Shown here: piece after piece, positions 50,085-60,742 of the stretch
Layout: each line of letters begins with the position of its first letter
How positions within the stretch are numbered: position 1 is the first letter of the stretch
NCBI GenBank assembly: GCA_031384895.1
Contig: JANNAZ010000248.1
Location: 1 to 63,794 of the forward strand
Source of the DNA: Cyclobacteriaceae bacterium
Lineage (GTDB): Bacteria > Bacteroidota > Bacteroidia > Cytophagales > Cyclobacteriaceae
Length of the DNA: 63,794 nucleotides
Reading direction: 5' to 3'
Position numbers and translations under genes: made by a program
Notes under the pieces: model-generated
Databases searched by the model: none
What the model saw: the letters and a program-made list of their open reading frames with translations, nothing else
What the model was told of the DNA's origin: nothing

Positions 50085-53000
50085 GTGAGGGCTGCAGATT
50101 TTCTTTCTCTATATCAATCGGATAGCCTGTTTCAAAACCTGGCCGAGGGGATTCGTGCGTCTTCATCAAAACCTTTGCGCCTCAAAGGCCTTGTCGGTAG
50201 CCTGGATGCCGTTCTCGTCGCAGCGCTCCACCACAGCCTTCGCACAACCCACCTGATCGTCCTTGATGACAAGGACCTCGCCGCCGCGTTCTTTAGTGAT
50301 GTCCAGAATCTGCTGGGTGACAAGGAAGTTTTCTTTTTTCCTATGTCGTACAAGCGCCCTTACGAATATGACGAAACAGAAAACGCCAACGTCCTTATGC
50401 GGGCCGAAGCACTCAACAGCCTCAGCACCCTTTCCGGTTCACAACTCATTGTTACCTATCCCGAGGCCCTTTCTGAAAAAGTAATTACCAAGCAATCCCT
50501 GGCTAACAATACGTTTGTTGTCGAGACCAAATCCAAACTCGACCACGCGTTTCTTGAAGAATTCCTATTCTCCTATGATTTTGAAAAAACGGACTTTGTA
50601 TATGAAGCTGGGCAGTTCGCCGTCCGTGGCGGTATCATCGACGTCTTCTCGTTCGCCAATGACCTTCCGTATCGTATCGAACTTTCTGGGAACGAGGTCG
50701 ACAGCATTCGCAGTTTTGATCCGGGTTCTCAATTGTCGGTTGATGTTGTCGATAAGGTCAGCCTGATGCCTAATGTGCAGACGCGACTGGTAAAGGAAGA
50801 CCGTCAATCCCTTCTGGAGTTTCTTCCGCAAGGCACCAAGTTGTGGATTAAGGACGTGCAGCGTACCCTGGATATACTCGCGACATGCTTTGAAAAGGCC
50901 AGTTCAGGATTTGACCGAATCCTCGCCGAAAGCGGCAACACCAAACTTGCCCTTGAGCCGACACACCTCTTCGTGGCTCCAGAACTATTCTTAGCACACG
51001 TTCACACACACTCGATCATCGAATTCGGCAGTCGAACCTACTTCCAGGGAGGAAAAACAATAGAATTTCGTTCCTCGCCGCAGCCGTCTTTCAATAAGAA
51101 TTTTGAATTGCTAGCCAAGAATCTTATTGACCATCAATTGCAGGAATATTCCAATTTTATCGCTGCTGAGCAGTCCCGGCAGCTTGATCGGCTTCAGGGA
51201 ATATTTGAAGAAATCCAACCGGTGCTGAAATTTCAGCCGCTGGAGTTCCCCTTGTGCCATGGATTTGTTGATCATACGCTCAAGCTTGCCTGTTATACCG
51301 ATCATCAAATCTTTGACCGCTTCCACCGATACCGAACAAAGGAGAAATTCACAAAATCGAAAGCCCTTACATTCCGAGAGTTACAGAGCCTCCAGCCTGG
51401 GGATTTTGTCACACACATCGATCACGGCATTGGCAAATTTGCCGGTCTCGAAAAGAAAGAGGTAAACGGTAAAGTGCAGGAGGCGGTACGCCTTGTGTTT
51501 CGCGACAACGATATGTTGTATGTCAGCATTCACTCCTTGCATAAGATCGCAAAGTATGCTGGTCGCGATGGGGCCCCTCCTGTCATTAGTAAGTTGGGCT
51601 CCGACGAATGGGAGAACAAGAAAGCCCGCGTAAGAAAACAGGTTAAGGACATTGCGCGTGACCTTATCGAACTCTACGCAAAACGCAAGCAATCCCCAGG
51701 ATTCGCCTTTTCACAAGACAGTTTTCTTCAGGCTGAACTAGAGTCCTCATTCATCTATGAGGATACTCCCGACCAGGCCAAGGCTACAGAGGACGTAAAA
51801 AAGGATATGGAATCACCGCACCCGATGGATCGCCTGGTTTGCGGGGATGTCGGGTTCGGAAAGACGGAGATTGCCATTCGGGCCGCTTTCAAAGCCACCG
51901 CAGACGGTAAGCAAGTGGCTATCCTGGTCCCGACGACAATTCTAGCCATGCAACATTTCCGCACGTTCTCGGAGCGTTTGGCAAATTTTCCGCTGCGGAT
52001 AGAATATGTTTCCCGCTTCAAGACGGAGAAAGAAATCAAGCAAATTCTTCTCGATACCGGCGAGGGTAAAGTGAATATTCTCATTGGAACGCACCGCGTG
52101 ATCAGCAAGGATGTGCAATTCAAGAACCTCGGGCTTTTGGTTATTGATGAAGAGCAAAAATTCGGTGTTAAAGCAAAAGACCGGCTGAAAGAACTCCGCA
52201 TTAGTGTAGATGTACTTACGTTAACGGCTACGCCCATACCCCGCACGCTTCATTTTTCACTGATGGGGGCACGCGATCTCAGTATTATTGCCACCCCTCC
52301 ACCTAACCGCCAGCCGGTCACAACGGAGCTGCAAACCTTCAATGAAGAAATTATCCGTGACGCGGTAAGTCTTGAAATTCGCCGAAAAGGCCAGGTCTTC
52401 TTCGTTCACAACCGCGTAAGTGATATAGAAAGTATTGCCAATATGATCTACAAACTTGTCCCCGACTCCCGCATCGGTATTGCCCATGGTCAAATGGAAG
52501 GTGATAAATTGGAGAAAGTAATGGTTCGCTTTATAGAAGGAGAATATGATGTGCTGGTTTCCACAAACATAATCGAATCTGGTCTGGACATTCCCAACGC
52601 CAATACCATCATGATCAACCAGGCACACATGTTTGGACTTAGTGATCTTCACCAAATGCGCGGCCGGGTGGGTCGATCAAACAAGAAAGCTTTTTGCTAT
52701 CTATTGACTCCGCCTGCCAGTATACTTTCATCAGACTCCCGTAAGCGGTTGGCTGCTGTGGAGGAATTTTCTGACCTCGGCGATGGGTTCAAAGTTGCCA
52801 TGCGCGATCTGGATATCCGGGGCGCAGGAAATCTTCTTGGTGCTGAACAAAGCGGCTTCCTCAACGACCTCGGCTTTGAGACCTATCACAAAATACTTGA
52901 TGATGCGATTCAGGAATTGAAAGAGAGTGAATTCAAAGAACTGTTCGCCGAAGAACTTTCGGAGAAAGCCAAGCTGATCGTTCCAGACTGCGTCATAGAA

Positions 53001-53435
53001 ACAGATTTAGAAATTCTCATACCCGAAACCTTTGTCGCGAGTACCCGAGAGCGGTTGCAATTATATTCTACATTGGATGACATCCATGACGAAGCGGCCC
53101 TTTTGCTTTTCACCAACTCGCTGAAAGATCGATTTGGAGAATTACCCGCATCGGTTAACCAGCTGGTTGATACGGTTCGTCTCCGGTGGTGTTGCGAGCG
53201 ATTAGGCTTTGAAAAAGTAAGTCTAAAGAACGGTCGCATGCGCGCAACATTTGTTATGAAGGATGAGTACTTCAAGTCTGATGTATTCGGCCGGGTTTTA
53301 GGGCTTGTGCAAGCGAACGCTAAGCGATGCCGATTGAAAGATCAGGTTGGCCGGCCAACACTTTTCATTGAGGATATTCTTGAAGCCGAAACGGCTCTTG
53401 AGCTGCTGGGCCCACTGGCCCAAATTAATGTATGA
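50085..53435 (+). CDS. mfd: transcription-repair coupling factor
   Basis: CarD-like VTHIDHGIG, CGDVGFGKTE, DEEQKFG, TATPIPRT, QMRGRVGRS and TRCF C-terminus. TACTTTTG at 50061-50068. Confidence 0.98.
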   Translation: MRAADFLSLYQSDSLFQNLAEGIRASSSKPLRLKGLVGSLDAVLVAALHHSLRTTHLIVLDDKDLAAAFFSDVQNLLGDKEVFFFPMSYKRPYEYDETENANVLMRAEALNSLSTLSGSQLIVTYPEALSEKVITKQSLANNTFVVETKSKLDHAFLEEFLFSYDFEKTDFVYEAGQFAVRGGIIDVFSFANDLPYRIELSGNEVDSIRSFDPGSQLSVDVVDKVSLMPNVQTRLVKEDRQSLLEFLPQGTKLWIKDVQRTLDILATCFEKASSGFDRILAESGNTKLALEPTHLFVAPELFLAHVHTHSIIEFGSRTYFQGGKTIEFRSSPQPSFNKNFELLAKNLIDHQLQEYSNFIAAEQSRQLDRLQGIFEEIQPVLKFQPLEFPLCHGFVDHTLKLACYTDHQIFDRFHRYRTKEKFTKSKALTFRELQSLQPGDFVTHIDHGIGKFAGLEKKEVNGKVQEAVRLVFRDNDMLYVSIHSLHKIAKYAGRDGAPPVISKLGSDEWENKKARVRKQVKDIARDLIELYAKRKQSPGFAFSQDSFLQAELESSFIYEDTPDQAKATEDVKKDMESPHPMDRLVCGDVGFGKTEIAIRAAFKATADGKQVAILVPTTILAMQHFRTFSERLANFPLRIEYVSRFKTEKEIKQILLDTGEGKVNILIGTHRVISKDVQFKNLGLLVIDEEQKFGVKAKDRLKELRISVDVLTLTATPIPRTLHFSLMGARDLSIIATPPPNRQPVTTELQTFNEEIIRDAVSLEIRRKGQVFFVHNRVSDIESIANMIYKLVPDSRIGIAHGQMEGDKLEKVMVRFIEGEYDVLVSTNIIESGLDIPNANTIMINQAHMFGLSDLHQMRGRVGRSNKKAFCYLLTPPASILSSDSRKRLAAVEEFSDLGDGFKVAMRDLDIRGAGNLLGAEQSGFLNDLGFETYHKILDDAIQELKESEFKELFAEELSEKAKLIVPDCVIETDLEILIPETFVASTRERLQLYSTLDDIHDEAALLLFTNSLKDRFGELPASVNQLVDTVRLRWCCERLGFEKVSLKNGRMRATFVMKDEYFKSDVFGRVLGLVQANAKRCRLKDQVGRPTLFIEDILEAETALELLGPLAQINV

Positions 53436-53614
53436 TTCACAACGGGGTATTCTAATATATCGAGCACCAGGACAATAGTGCCTTCCCGGTGACCGTTATG
53501 CAAAACGATGGGGTTTGCCTTACATTAAGGATTTATCAAAAATCGCCTACGCTTTGGAAAACACGCAATTATCTTTTTATATTAGCGGTTGCTTTAGTCC
53601 ATAAAATTCAAACA

Positions 53615-54862
53615 ATGAAGCAGATAAAAGGTCTTTTGTTACTAGTTGGCGGCATTATTCTAATGGCATCTTGTTCGTTGCTTCCGTTTGGGAAGAAGGG
53701 TGGTGGTAAACCGACGGCTATTAACCCCGGACAGATGAGCACCGCTACAAACCTCAACTATAACGACGAGGAGACTAGTGGATTCAAAGTAACCGATTTT
53801 GAAGGACAGCCTGATGCCCCAAATACCGTCTTTATTGAGGGCGGAAGGGCTATTATGGGCTCCTTTGAAGAAGATGTGATGTCTTATCGGGACAATGTTG
53901 AACGCACAGTTTCAGTCGCTTCATTCTATATGGATGAAACCGAAATCGCCAATATTCACTGGTTAGAATTCATGTTTTACCTGGCTAAAGATTCTACTCA
54001 GGAAATCTACCAAGCCGCCCTTCCAGACACGACCGTTTGGGTTGGAAAACTAGCCTTTAATGACCCCTATGTTGACCATTACCTCCGTTACCCCGGCTTC
54101 CGCTATTTTCCCGTAGTAGGCGTCAGCTGGAAACAGGCGACTAGCTATGCCAAGTGGCGTACTAACGCAGTTAATCAGCAGCTAATGAAGGCCTCTGGGA
54201 AAGATTTGCCTGAGGTTGCTGCAGGCGGGCGGATTCCGCTTGAATCTGGGGTTGTAATTCCCGCATACCGACTTCCTACCGAAGCAGAGTGGGAATACGC
54301 TGCCCAGGCTCTTATTGGAACCCAGTGGCTTGAAGAAATGCAGACCCACCAGCGGATTTATCCCTGGGACGGACACGCACTTCGTAATCCGTACGGAAAG
54401 CAGATGGGTTTCTTCCTTGCAAACTTCAAGCGCGGTCGTGGTGACTATGCGGGTATCGCAGGCCGTCTGAATGATGGCGCACTTATCACTTCCTACATTT
54501 ATGAGTTCCCTCCGAACGACTTCGGATTGTATAATATGGCGGGCAACGTTAGTGAGTGGGTAATGGACGTGTATCGCCCTCTCTCCTACCAGGACTTTGA
54601 TGACCTGAATCCTATTCGGCGTGATGGATTCCTTGACGGAGCCACCGGAAACGGACGCGACAATCTGTATAACAACATTGAGAAAAATCCAACATCTTTT
54701 ACTTCGTTGATCACCGATAAGGCTCGCGTCTATAAAGGTGGATCTTGGAAAGATGTTGCTTATTGGATGTCTCCCGGTACCCGCAGATACCTGGACGAAG
54801 ATTCTGCAACCGCCACGATTGGGTTCCGCTGCGCTATGATTCGCGCTGGATCCAACTACTAG
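53615..54862 (+). CDS. gldJ: gliding motility lipoprotein GldJ
   Basis: Lipobox MASC, FGE-sulfatase fold (FYMDETE, YRLPTEAEWEYAA, GLYNMAGNVSEW), ANFKRGRGDYAG and SPGTRRYLDE. Confidence 0.88.
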   Translation: MKQIKGLLLLVGGIILMASCSLLPFGKKGGGKPTAINPGQMSTATNLNYNDEETSGFKVTDFEGQPDAPNTVFIEGGRAIMGSFEEDVMSYRDNVERTVSVASFYMDETEIANIHWLEFMFYLAKDSTQEIYQAALPDTTVWVGKLAFNDPYVDHYLRYPGFRYFPVVGVSWKQATSYAKWRTNAVNQQLMKASGKDLPEVAAGGRIPLESGVVIPAYRLPTEAEWEYAAQALIGTQWLEEMQTHQRIYPWDGHALRNPYGKQMGFFLANFKRGRGDYAGIAGRLNDGALITSYIYEFPPNDFGLYNMAGNVSEWVMDVYRPLSYQDFDDLNPIRRDGFLDGATGNGRDNLYNNIEKNPTSFTSLITDKARVYKGGSWKDVAYWMSPGTRRYLDEDSATATIGFRCAMIRAGSNY

Positions 54863-54885
54863 CCACGTTAAAATATTCTTTAAGC

Positions 54886-54922
54886 AAGAAACCCTTCCTC
54901 ACGAAGGGTTTCTTTTTTTTTT
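54886..54922 (+). terminator. intrinsic terminator (may be bidirectional)
   Basis: AAGAAACCCTTC-ctcac-GAAGGGTTTCTT followed by a long T run, between convergent gldJ and comF. Confidence 0.9.
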
Positions 54923-54934
54923 GCTACTTACTGA

Positions 54935-55633
54935 TCATTGGGCTTCCGCAATGCATGCTATGCTTACCGAAATGCATCCAGATTCCAAAAGGTGATGCCC
55001 GCACGCCTCAAGCGTTGCGCCCGTTGTGATTACGTCATCAACCAGTAAAATCCTTTTCTGCGATAAATCCATTTGCGTGCCCACAGAAAAAACATGCCGA
55101 ACGTTTTCCCAGCGCTCGGCCCTGGACTTACGCGTTTGTGTTGCCGTGTTCTTCGAGCGAATTGAAATCGATTCGTCCCAGTCAATTTCAAGGGATTCAC
55201 TGAGCCCTTTGGCAAAATGCGCACTCTGATTGTATCCCCGATGCCGTAACCGCGACCGATGCAGCGGTACAGGGATAATTAGATCAAATTCCTTGCAAAA
55301 CGAGGCCAGAGCAAGCTCTCGGCCATAAGCCTTACCCAATCGTTCACCGATTTCCGGATGATTATTGTACTTCAACTGATGAAGTAAATGCTGCACCATC
55401 CCACCCTTTTGAAACTTCAGAAACGCCCAACCATGACGGATTGGCAGACGCCCGGATAACTTATTCAGAACCGGGTTTTCAATCCGGGTGTGATAGTGTG
55501 TCTTTGGCAATTCTGCCAGACAATTTGTGCACAATGTGTCTTCTCCTTTTACAAGAAAGCCGGAGCACCCAAGGCAATACTGCGGGAAGAACAGGGACAG
55601 AAAATCTCCAACGATGCTATTTGTCTTTCGCAT
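54935..55633 (-). CDS. ComF family phosphoribosyltransferase-domain protein
   Basis: CLGC...CTNC zinc ribbon, IPVPLH..RGYNQS and LLVDDVITTGATL motifs. Confidence 0.94.
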   Translation of the reverse strand: MRKTNSIVGDFLSLFFPQYCLGCSGFLVKGEDTLCTNCLAELPKTHYHTRIENPVLNKLSGRLPIRHGWAFLKFQKGGMVQHLLHQLKYNNHPEIGERLGKAYGRELALASFCKEFDLIIPVPLHRSRLRHRGYNQSAHFAKGLSESLEIDWDESISIRSKNTATQTRKSRAERWENVRHVFSVGTQMDLSQKRILLVDDVITTGATLEACGHHLLESGCISVSIACIAEAQ

Positions 55634-55679
55634 TGGTTTTCCCCTGTGGTAGAGGGATATTTGAGTAAACTTTCAGCAT

Positions 55680-56021
55680 ATGGATATCGTCGAACAATTT
55701 AACGAATACCGTCAGCGGATGAATGAGAAAATCACCGCTTCGGACAATTTGATCCTGAAAAGAATATTCAATCTTGACACGAATGCATATTCTCCCGGTA
55801 GTTTAGATGTAAAATCCAAGGAGCTCATTGGCTTAACTTGTTCATTGGTGCTGCGCTGCGACGATTGCGTTAAGTACCACCTTGGTAAATGCCGGGAAGT
55901 AGGACTAAGCACGGAAGAAGTAAATGAAGCGATGGGTGTGGCTACGCTCGTAGGCGGAACCATTGTCATCCCGCATCTTCGCCGGGCATTTGAATATTGG
56001 GAGGCCTTGCTCCGTGCTTAA
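55680..56021 (+). CDS. carboxymuconolactone decarboxylase/AhpD family protein
   Basis: KELIGL..SLVLRCDDCVKYH and VGGTIVIPHLR motifs. Confidence 0.92.
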   Translation: MDIVEQFNEYRQRMNEKITASDNLILKRIFNLDTNAYSPGSLDVKSKELIGLTCSLVLRCDDCVKYHLGKCREVGLSTEEVNEAMGVATLVGGTIVIPHLRRAFEYWEALLRA

Positions 56022-56394
56022 GCGCGATCTGACGCTGGAGAGAAATTGGCACTCCCTCCTGCTGGAAATTGAGCGCATGCTCGGCCAGAAACCCAAAGAC
56101 CTAAATGGCACACTGTTCCTGATTGGTATCCAGGAACTGGGAAAGGGGCAGCAATTCTTTACCAAGGAACAAAAGCAGGATTTGATGCACATTGCCATCT
56201 GCAAGGTGCTTAGCTATGCCGGGTATTATGAACTTGAGGGTCTGGATGGTGACGGATGGCCTCATTGGAAGCTCGTTAAGAAATTGCCGCGGTTTGACCT
56301 CCTTGAGCAAGAGAAGCTTCTGAAAATTCAGGTGCTGGAATATTTTGAACACGAATTTGACTGGCAGCCTCCCAACGAAGCGAGTAATTCTTAA
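56014..56394 (+). CDS. conserved hypothetical protein
   Basis: GTG 56014 overlaps the upstream stop; LFLIGIQELGKG...KQDLMHIAIC...GYY...DGWPHW pattern recalled from Bacteroidota. Confidence 0.8.
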   Translation: MLKRDLTLERNWHSLLLEIERMLGQKPKDLNGTLFLIGIQELGKGQQFFTKEQKQDLMHIAICKVLSYAGYYELEGLDGDGWPHWKLVKKLPRFDLLEQEKLLKIQVLEYFEHEFDWQPPNEASNS

Positions 56395-56482
56395 CTCCTC
56401 TACCGTTCGTTCTTGATTTCCCTCACCGGATGCTATCTTTAAAAGCATAAACTAACATGCTCATACTTACGTTTCTAGCCTG

Positions 56483-59400
56483 ATGGCGAGCCGACAATCC
56501 AGCGTCTCTGACAAAATAACTTCCTTCCGAAGGAAATACTATGTCAATATATTCCTGCGCGGAATGATTCTTTCTTCCTCTCTGCTGCTGGCGTATTCCC
56601 TTCTGGCCACCTTACTCGAGTACACCCTGTGGCTTGGCAAAGAGGCCCGTTTTACGCTGTTTTCCCTCTTTTTTATGACCGCTCTCTATTGCATATACCG
56701 CTACCTAAGGGGGCCCTTGCTCTGGTGGGTATCCGGCAAGGGAATAGGAAAGGAGGAAAGTGCGCGCTTGATCGGCAATCATTTTCCGGCTATTCAAGAC
56801 CGGCTGGTAAATTTCCTTCAACTTTCTTCAGTGACCGAGAACAGGGGCCCCTTGCTCGAAGCAAGTCTCGAACAGAAGGCAACCCTATTTGAAGGATTTG
56901 CTTTTGAGAGCATTGTCGATTTCCGCGAAAATAAAAGATATCTCAAATACCTCGCCATTCCCTTTATTGCATTCGCTATCATCGCTCTTGTTAATCAAAA
57001 AATAATAACACAGGGCACCGATCGCCTGATTCATTTTAATCAGGAATTTTCTCCCCAGGCGCCGTTTCGGTTTATCGTGGAGAATCAAGCCCTTGTGGCC
57101 TTCCCGAATGAGGATTTCGAATTACGCGTCCGTCTGGATGGGGAAGCGATCCCAGACGCTGCCTACCTTGTTATCGGACAACGACGCGTAAAGATGGAAG
57201 CGCTAAAGGCCGGCGCATTCACCTTCCTCTTTGAAAAGCCACAGCAAGACCTGAACTTTCAAATTGAAGCGGCTGGATTTTACTCTGACCCACTCTTCCT
57301 GCGCATTGTAAATCGGCCCGAGCTGCTCGCCCTAACTGTACAGCTTTTGTTTCCGCGGTATATCGGCAGACCTGCTCAGCTCCTTGAAAATATCGGCAAC
57401 CTGGAAGTCCCCGAAGGCACTCGGATTACCTGGAAGCTAAGTACCGCAAATGCAGAAAGCGCCTCCATCCTCTTCTTCACTGAAAAGGGACCGTTAGAAA
57501 TGCAATCAATTGATAATCAGTCTTTTGTATACGCAAAGGGGTTCTTTAATCCCGATGGCTATTCGATCACTCTAGCAAACAAGAATAGCAAAAACAAGGA
57601 CCGAATTACATACCAGGTTGAGGTGATAAAGGATCAGTTTCCCGGACTTGTGGTTGAACACGTAAGCGATTCGGTTCTCTTCAAGTCCATCCTTCTTGCG
57701 GGAAGTCTTCAGGATGATTATGGTCTTACAAAACTTGACCTGCACTTTCAGCTCAGCGGCAAGGAACGAGAGGAGATTACCGGAAGCATACCACTTTCAA
57801 TTGTTAATGGCCAAACGCAGCAGAACTTCTTCTACAACTGGAATCTGGATTCGCTCCATCTGAGTGCAGGAGATCGCTTGCAGTATTACCTGGAGGTGTG
57901 GGATAACGACGGGGTTCATGGGAACAAGTCTACTAAATCAGCAGCCTATCAATTTGAACTTCCAACTAGCGAATCTTTCAAAGCGGATATCAAGCGCTCC
58001 CAGTCAGCTGCTGAAAATGAAATGGAGCGAAGCCTGTCGAAAGCCAAATCGCTCAAGGAGTCTATTGAAGAGGCTGAACAACAGTTAAAGGGGAAGCAGT
58101 CCCTTGACTGGCAAGACAAGAAAATGCTTGAGGATCTCATTCAACAAAAGAATGACCTGGACAAAATGATTGAAGACCTCAAACAGCAAAACAAAATGCT
58201 TGAGGAAAAGAAAGATGCATTCTCCGAGCAAAACGAACGCATCCAGGAAAAGTCCGAGCAAATTCAAAAGCTGATGAACGAACTCCTTGACGAGGAGACC
58301 AAAAAGCTTTTCCAAGAGCTCGAAAAAATGCTTCGCGAAAATCAGGATCCTTCGCAAATCCAGAAGATGCTCGAGAAAATGGACCGGCAAGAGATAAATC
58401 TGGAAAAAGAATTGGAGCGAACATTAGAGCTTTTTAAGAGCCTCCAATATGACTACAAACTTGACCAGGCTATCCAGGAAATCAAGGATCAGATAGAAAA
58501 GCAGAATGACCTCCTTAAGCAAACTGAGGGTCTGACCGAAGAAAGAAAGGAACCTGACCAGGTCGACCAAAAAGACGAAAAGAGTCTTGACACCGGCAAA
58601 GAAGAGGGGGATGCGAAGCGGGGTGAGGATCAGCCACCGAAGACCGAGGAGCAACTTGCCAAAGAGCAAGAAGATCTCAGTGAACGGACGGAGAAGTTCG
58701 AAAAGTCAGTTGAAGAGCTAAACAAGTTGGGGGAGGAGTTGGACAAACCTGAAAATACTCCGAGCAAGGAAGAAATAGACCAGGTGCAGGAATTGCAGAA
58801 GCAAAGTAAAGAGTCCTTGGAACAGAAGAATTCAAAGAAGGCGGCGGGACAACAGAAAAAATCCGTAGAAAAAATGCAGAAGATGAAAGAGCAGCTGGAG
58901 GGAATGCAGAATTCTATGGAGATGGAGATTGATCAGGAAAACCTGGAGTCGCTTCGTCAGATAATTCATGGACTTATCAAATTATCCTATGATCAGGAAT
59001 CGCTGATCAAAGAATTCAATGCTATTCAACAAAGTGATCCTTCCTATGTCCAGCTTTCACAAAATCAGTTGAAGGTCAAAGATGACTCTAAAGTACTGGA
59101 AGACAGCCTGTTAGCTCTGGCTAAGAAGGATCCATTTATGGGATCTATTGTAACCCGGGAGATAGGCGAACTCAACGATCACCTAGACAAAGCAAGTCTG
59201 AATATTAAGGAAAGGAAGAAGAGCAACGCGAGTGCAGACATGCAGCTATCGATGACAAGCATTAATAATCTTGCGTTGATGCTGAATGATCACTTTGAAA
59301 TGATGATGGAGATGATGCAGAACGCGATGCCATCAATGAGCAAAGGAAAAAAACAAAAGGGGAAGAAAAGCCTGGGAGAGATGCAAATGAAGCTCAACCA

Positions 59401-59869
59401 GCAGATGGAGGAAGTTAAAAAAAGCGGTAAGAGTGGCCGCCAGCTATCTGAAGAGTTGGCGAAAATGGCAGCCGAACAAGAAAGGATTCGTAGAGCACTC
59501 CAGGAGATGCAGGACAAAATGAAGCAGGAGGGGGGAAGGCCTATGGGTAACGATCTGCCTGCTAAGATGGAACAAACGGAACTAGATTTAGTAAATAAGC
59601 AACTCACTGAACAAACCATTCGTAGACAGAAAGAAATAATTACGAGGTTACTCGAGTCGGAGAAATCTATGAGAGAGCAAGAGATGGATGAGGAACGTAA
59701 AGGAGAGACCGCCAAGGACTATCAGAAAGAAATTCCAAAGGCATTTGAAGAGTATTTACGGTTAAAGGAAAAAGAAGTAGAATTGCTCAAAACCGTTCCA
59801 CCAAAACTGTATCCTTACTACAAAAAAGAGGTCAATGAGTATTTTAAGCGCCTTGGCAACCACAAGTAA
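56483..59869 (+). CDS. DUF4175-like membrane-anchored long coiled-coil protein
   Basis: Three N-terminal TMs, an Ig-like region ending YYLEVWDNDGVHG, a long Q/E/K/M coiled coil, and PYYKKEVNEYF end. Confidence 0.85.
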   Translation: MASRQSSVSDKITSFRRKYYVNIFLRGMILSSSLLLAYSLLATLLEYTLWLGKEARFTLFSLFFMTALYCIYRYLRGPLLWWVSGKGIGKEESARLIGNHFPAIQDRLVNFLQLSSVTENRGPLLEASLEQKATLFEGFAFESIVDFRENKRYLKYLAIPFIAFAIIALVNQKIITQGTDRLIHFNQEFSPQAPFRFIVENQALVAFPNEDFELRVRLDGEAIPDAAYLVIGQRRVKMEALKAGAFTFLFEKPQQDLNFQIEAAGFYSDPLFLRIVNRPELLALTVQLLFPRYIGRPAQLLENIGNLEVPEGTRITWKLSTANAESASILFFTEKGPLEMQSIDNQSFVYAKGFFNPDGYSITLANKNSKNKDRITYQVEVIKDQFPGLVVEHVSDSVLFKSILLAGSLQDDYGLTKLDLHFQLSGKEREEITGSIPLSIVNGQTQQNFFYNWNLDSLHLSAGDRLQYYLEVWDNDGVHGNKSTKSAAYQFELPTSESFKADIKRSQSAAENEMERSLSKAKSLKESIEEAEQQLKGKQSLDWQDKKMLEDLIQQKNDLDKMIEDLKQQNKMLEEKKDAFSEQNERIQEKSEQIQKLMNELLDEETKKLFQELEKMLRENQDPSQIQKMLEKMDRQEINLEKELERTLELFKSLQYDYKLDQAIQEIKDQIEKQNDLLKQTEGLTEERKEPDQVDQKDEKSLDTGKEEGDAKRGEDQPPKTEEQLAKEQEDLSERTEKFEKSVEELNKLGEELDKPENTPSKEEIDQVQELQKQSKESLEQKNSKKAAGQQKKSVEKMQKMKEQLEGMQNSMEMEIDQENLESLRQIIHGLIKLSYDQESLIKEFNAIQQSDPSYVQLSQNQLKVKDDSKVLEDSLLALAKKDPFMGSIVTREIGELNDHLDKASLNIKERKKSNASADMQLSMTSINNLALMLNDHFEMMMEMMQNAMPSMSKGKKQKGKKSLGEMQMKLNQQMEEVKKSGKSGRQLSEELAKMAAEQERIRRALQEMQDKMKQEGGRPMGNDLPAKMEQTELDLVNKQLTEQTIRRQKEIITRLLESEKSMREQEMDEERKGETAKDYQKEIPKAFEEYLRLKEKEVELLKTVPPKLYPYYKKEVNEYFKRLGNHK

Positions 59870-59875
59870 TGTATT

Positions 59876-60280
59876 ATGAATAGCATCCGGATAGAAGTAC
59901 CTGCACTGACAGAGAACATCAGGATGATTGAGAGTTTTATTGACAATGCCAAGGAAAAGTTTCACTTGGATGATGATATCTACGGCAACATCATGATTGC
60001 CGTAACTGAGGCGGTCAACAACGCAATCAAACATGGTAGCCAGACAGATTCTGCGAAGAACGTGATGCTGTCCTTAGTAGTTGACGGATCCACGCTGATG
60101 TTCAGGATTGAGGATGCGGGCCCTGGATTTGACTACTTCCATTTGCCTGACCCTACTTCGCCAGAAAATCTTGAAAAACCAGGTGGAAGGGGCATATTCC
60201 TCATGAAGCACCTTTCGGATGATGTCAAGTTCTTAGAGGGCGGCCGGATTGTTGAGCTTAGCTTCTATTTGAATGCCTGA
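59876..60280 (+). CDS. RsbW-like anti-sigma factor / HATPase Ser-Thr kinase
   Basis: AVTEAVNNAIKHG, IEDAGPGFD, LPDPT.PENL..GGRGIFLM motifs. Confidence 0.92.
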   Translation: MNSIRIEVPALTENIRMIESFIDNAKEKFHLDDDIYGNIMIAVTEAVNNAIKHGSQTDSAKNVMLSLVVDGSTLMFRIEDAGPGFDYFHLPDPTSPENLEKPGGRGIFLMKHLSDDVKFLEGGRIVELSFYLNA

Positions 60281-60692
60281 TATTACCTTCGTATCGAAGG
60301 GGGTCTCCTTTGTGTATACTGGATCCAAGAAGACTTCGGAGTGGCTTTCTCTAATAGCCCGGAATGAGGGAATGGAAATTGAGTCCCTTTCCTATGTTTT
60401 TTCAACCGATCCCTTCGTGGCCTCCCTGAACAAGAAGTACCTTCTACATAGCTCGTACACCGATATTCTCACTTTTGATTATTCTGAAGGAAAAGCCATT
60501 ATTGGCGAAATCTATATCAGCATCCCCCGTGTTCGCGAAAATGCAAAAATCTATAAGCAGCCCTTTCTAAGAGAATTAAGGAGGGTGATGGTCCATGGCC
60601 TACTTCATATCCTTGGCTACAAGGATAAAACCGCCCGACAGTCCTCTCAAATGCGAACTAAAGAGGAAGCCTGCCTATCTTTGTGGCATTAG
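60273..60692 (+). CDS. ybeY: rRNA maturation endoribonuclease YbeY
   Basis: TDILTFDY, GEIYIS and HGLLHILGYKD motifs. Confidence 0.95.
   Translation: MPDITFVSKGVSFVYTGSKKTSEWLSLIARNEGMEIESLSYVFSTDPFVASLNKKYLLHSSYTDILTFDYSEGKAIIGEIYISIPRVRENAKIYKQPFLRELRRVMVHGLLHILGYKDKTARQSSQMRTKEEACLSLWH
60676..60683 (+). promoter_or_regulatory. -7 element TATCTTTG for mnmG (inside the ybeY 3' end)
   Basis: TAnnTTTG 71 nt before the mnmG ATG. Confidence 0.5.
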
Positions 60693-60706
60693 TTCCACGT
60701 GAAACC
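60691..60706. promoter_or_regulatory. parS: parS site 1
   Basis: AGTTCCACGTGAAACC matches the TGTTNCACGTGAAACA consensus except at the two outer bases. Confidence 0.85.
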
Positions 60707-60726
60707 ATTCTCACCTAAACGGAGCA

Positions 60727-60742
60727 TGTTTCACGTGAAACA
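60727..60742. promoter_or_regulatory. parS: parS site 2
   Basis: Perfect 16-bp palindrome TGTTTCACGTGAAACA. Confidence 0.95.
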
